Shown in pieces: positions 62,282-64,000 of a DNA stretch of 64,000 nt. The stretch is taken from NCBI GenBank assembly GCA_000182565.2, contig KQ257461.1; one strand, 5' to 3'. The notes beneath the pieces were generated by a model. It saw only the letters and a program-made list of their open reading frames with translations. It had not been told where the DNA came from and did no database searches. How positions within the stretch are numbered: the first letter of the stretch is position 1; each line of letters begins with the position of its first letter. The position numbers and the translations under genes were made by a program. This DNA is from Spizellomyces punctatus DAOM BR117. Taxonomy: Eukaryota.

Positions 62282-64000
62282 ATGCATGGCATTTTGAGCA
62301 GACTTGTTGGCGCATTCACGCCCTCCACAACTCCCGCGGATGCACCCACAAGAAGAAACGCAACCATAACCGTAGACCAACTCGTGGAAGAATGGCACGA
62401 CATTCTCTCCGCGCGCTCAAAAGTGTCCTACGAAAATATATCCCATCGAGAACTCTTTTACCGTCTTATGAATATTGAACTGTACCCAGATGCTCTCTAT
62501 GCAGCTCGCGACTTTCTTCAGTCAAGACTTGAACAAGCCCTCGACGCAGCTGAAAAAGATGCACGAAACGAGGATCCATCCTCTTCCTTGGCCGCCGCAC
62601 TGAAGGATGGATATTGTCCCAATACCTTGGAAAAGTACATGTTGAAATCGCACCAAACGACCATGGACGCGTTTCATGCGTACCGAAGAGAATGGGATGA
62701 GAGGATGGGTGAAGGGGAGGGCATTGAGACTGCCAATAGAATGTTTCCCGACAGAGAGTTTGCTCGGTGGTGGCTAATTCAGAATGCTCCAACAAAGCTA
62801 GTCGATGGAAGTTGGTAAGCATATCGAACTACAATCAAGGTGGTTTTCATATTGCTGAATTGTATAATCTTGGTCAACAGGCTGCAAAATGTTCTCAGTC
62901 CAGAAACACCATCTGATCTACGCCGCTTCGCGCTGCCCTTGTATCAAACGTTTGCAGAAGAACTCGGGGAAGGACTTGCCGTACAGAATCACGTAAATGT
63001 TTACAATGTCTGTCTCTCCAGTGAAGGGTAAGTAGATTTCTTTTGTGCATTGGGGGCCCTTAACACGTAACGTTTCTGATATAAATTCGAACAGCATTCA
63101 TCTTCCCGATGCAAGCACACGAGCATTCGCCTATCACCCAGACATCCTTGACTCTGCATATGAGCGAGGCGTGGTTCAAATGGCTCTCGGTCAGTTTGCA
63201 GGCAATGCCATGTTTCCTGAAGTGATGGGATACAATTTTGGGTGCGTCGATGCATTTCATGTCTCCCACCAGTATTATGTTGGCTAAAACGACCTTGCTC
63301 TCAGATATGAGCAGCTTCCGTTACACCTCCTAGTAACCACCCACGAATTCCGACAAATGGGTATTGACTACAATTACTTTCAGCTGCATGTAACCATTGA
63401 TAATGCGGCAACTGGACATGCCCATATGGCGACAAAGGCTGTCATTGATTATCTAGATTATATCAAATGCACGCAGGGTGAAGAAGCGTAAGTAGCTGCA
63501 CTGCAACTGTCTTGGGCCGTCTTTTGTCTAATGTTTTCAATCTAGCATGCACAATCATTGGCGACGAATTCTTGCAGGATACTACCTAAGTGAATCCAAC
63601 CCTCTTAAAACGTCACTCGACACCCGTCGGGATGAACACCGTAAAAAGTACCAGCAACCCCAACCGCAAGATCAAACGTTCGAGACATATACGCAAGCCA
63701 TGCGCGCCATCCTTGAACAGAAATCGCCCTTTGCACATAAGATTCACTCCCCAGAAATCTGTCTTGGTGCCCTTCCACTAAGCACTTGGCTTGACCCCAA
63801 ACACATTTCCACCCGTTCGGCAGCGCTCGTCGAGGAGCTAGCCCGATCGCGGTGGGTGACACCAGGCAACCCTTCTGAAAGTGCTCTATTGAAAGACTTG
63901 TGCAGCTTTGGTGGAGGCATGTTTGGGGTTTTTACCAAGGAAGAAAGGAAGATTATCGAAGCTTGGATCAGAGGGCTCGCGGAACAGAGAGCTCAGGACG
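62282..64000 (+). CDS. Heme-oxygenase-like diiron oxidase ('iron-containing redox enzyme' family), runs off the window end
   Basis: APTKLVDGSW|LQN, FAEELGEGLAVQNH, FPEVMGYNFG|YEQLPLHL and YFQLHVTIDNAATGHA. C-terminal region WVTPGNPSESALL...GGGMFGVFT..ERKIIEAWI. Four GT-AG introns seen. Confidence 0.8.

Noticed and set aside
1-64000. tRNA, rRNA, spliceosomal snRNA, CRISPR arrays, transposases, U12-type introns, secondary-metabolite cluster
   Set aside because: I recognised no diagnostic motifs by eye, and the neighbouring genes are unrelated housekeeping functions. A covariance-model and repeat search would be needed to exclude them formally.

Overview
This is a gene-dense, intron-rich eukaryotic window. 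It has short GT-AG introns of about 55-100 nt, many microexons and fungal-type proteins. The gene content (RABL3, PTEN-type formin, animal-like sulfite oxidase) fits an early-diverging, chytrid-like fungus; that placement is inference. I reconstructed about 22 protein-coding genes by hand, in order: alkaline phosphatase (3' part), EMI1-like, EIF1AD, RABL3-like GTPase, an unrecognised secreted repeat protein, long-chain acyl-CoA synthetase, SFM1, Pho80/PCL-type cyclin, a small putative mitochondrial membrane protein, TRS85/TRAPPC8, BRO1, UTP14, a VPS9-domain protein, a LysM protein, an Nrg1-like C2H2 factor, a divergent ING-PHD protein, an RRM protein with an ALYREF-like tail, a second Nrg1-like factor, sulfite oxidase, a PTEN/C2-FH1-FH2 formin, RPA1, and a heme-oxygenase-like diiron enzyme cut off at the window end. 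I recognised no tRNA, rRNA, transposon or CRISPR array. The most notable items are the F/I/V-rich secreted repeat protein, the PTEN-domain formin, the HDO-family enzyme, an unusually long hairpin-rich first intron in TRS85, two required GC-AG introns, and CACGTG boxes upstream of many genes. Exon boundaries are manual readings and need RNA-seq confirmation.
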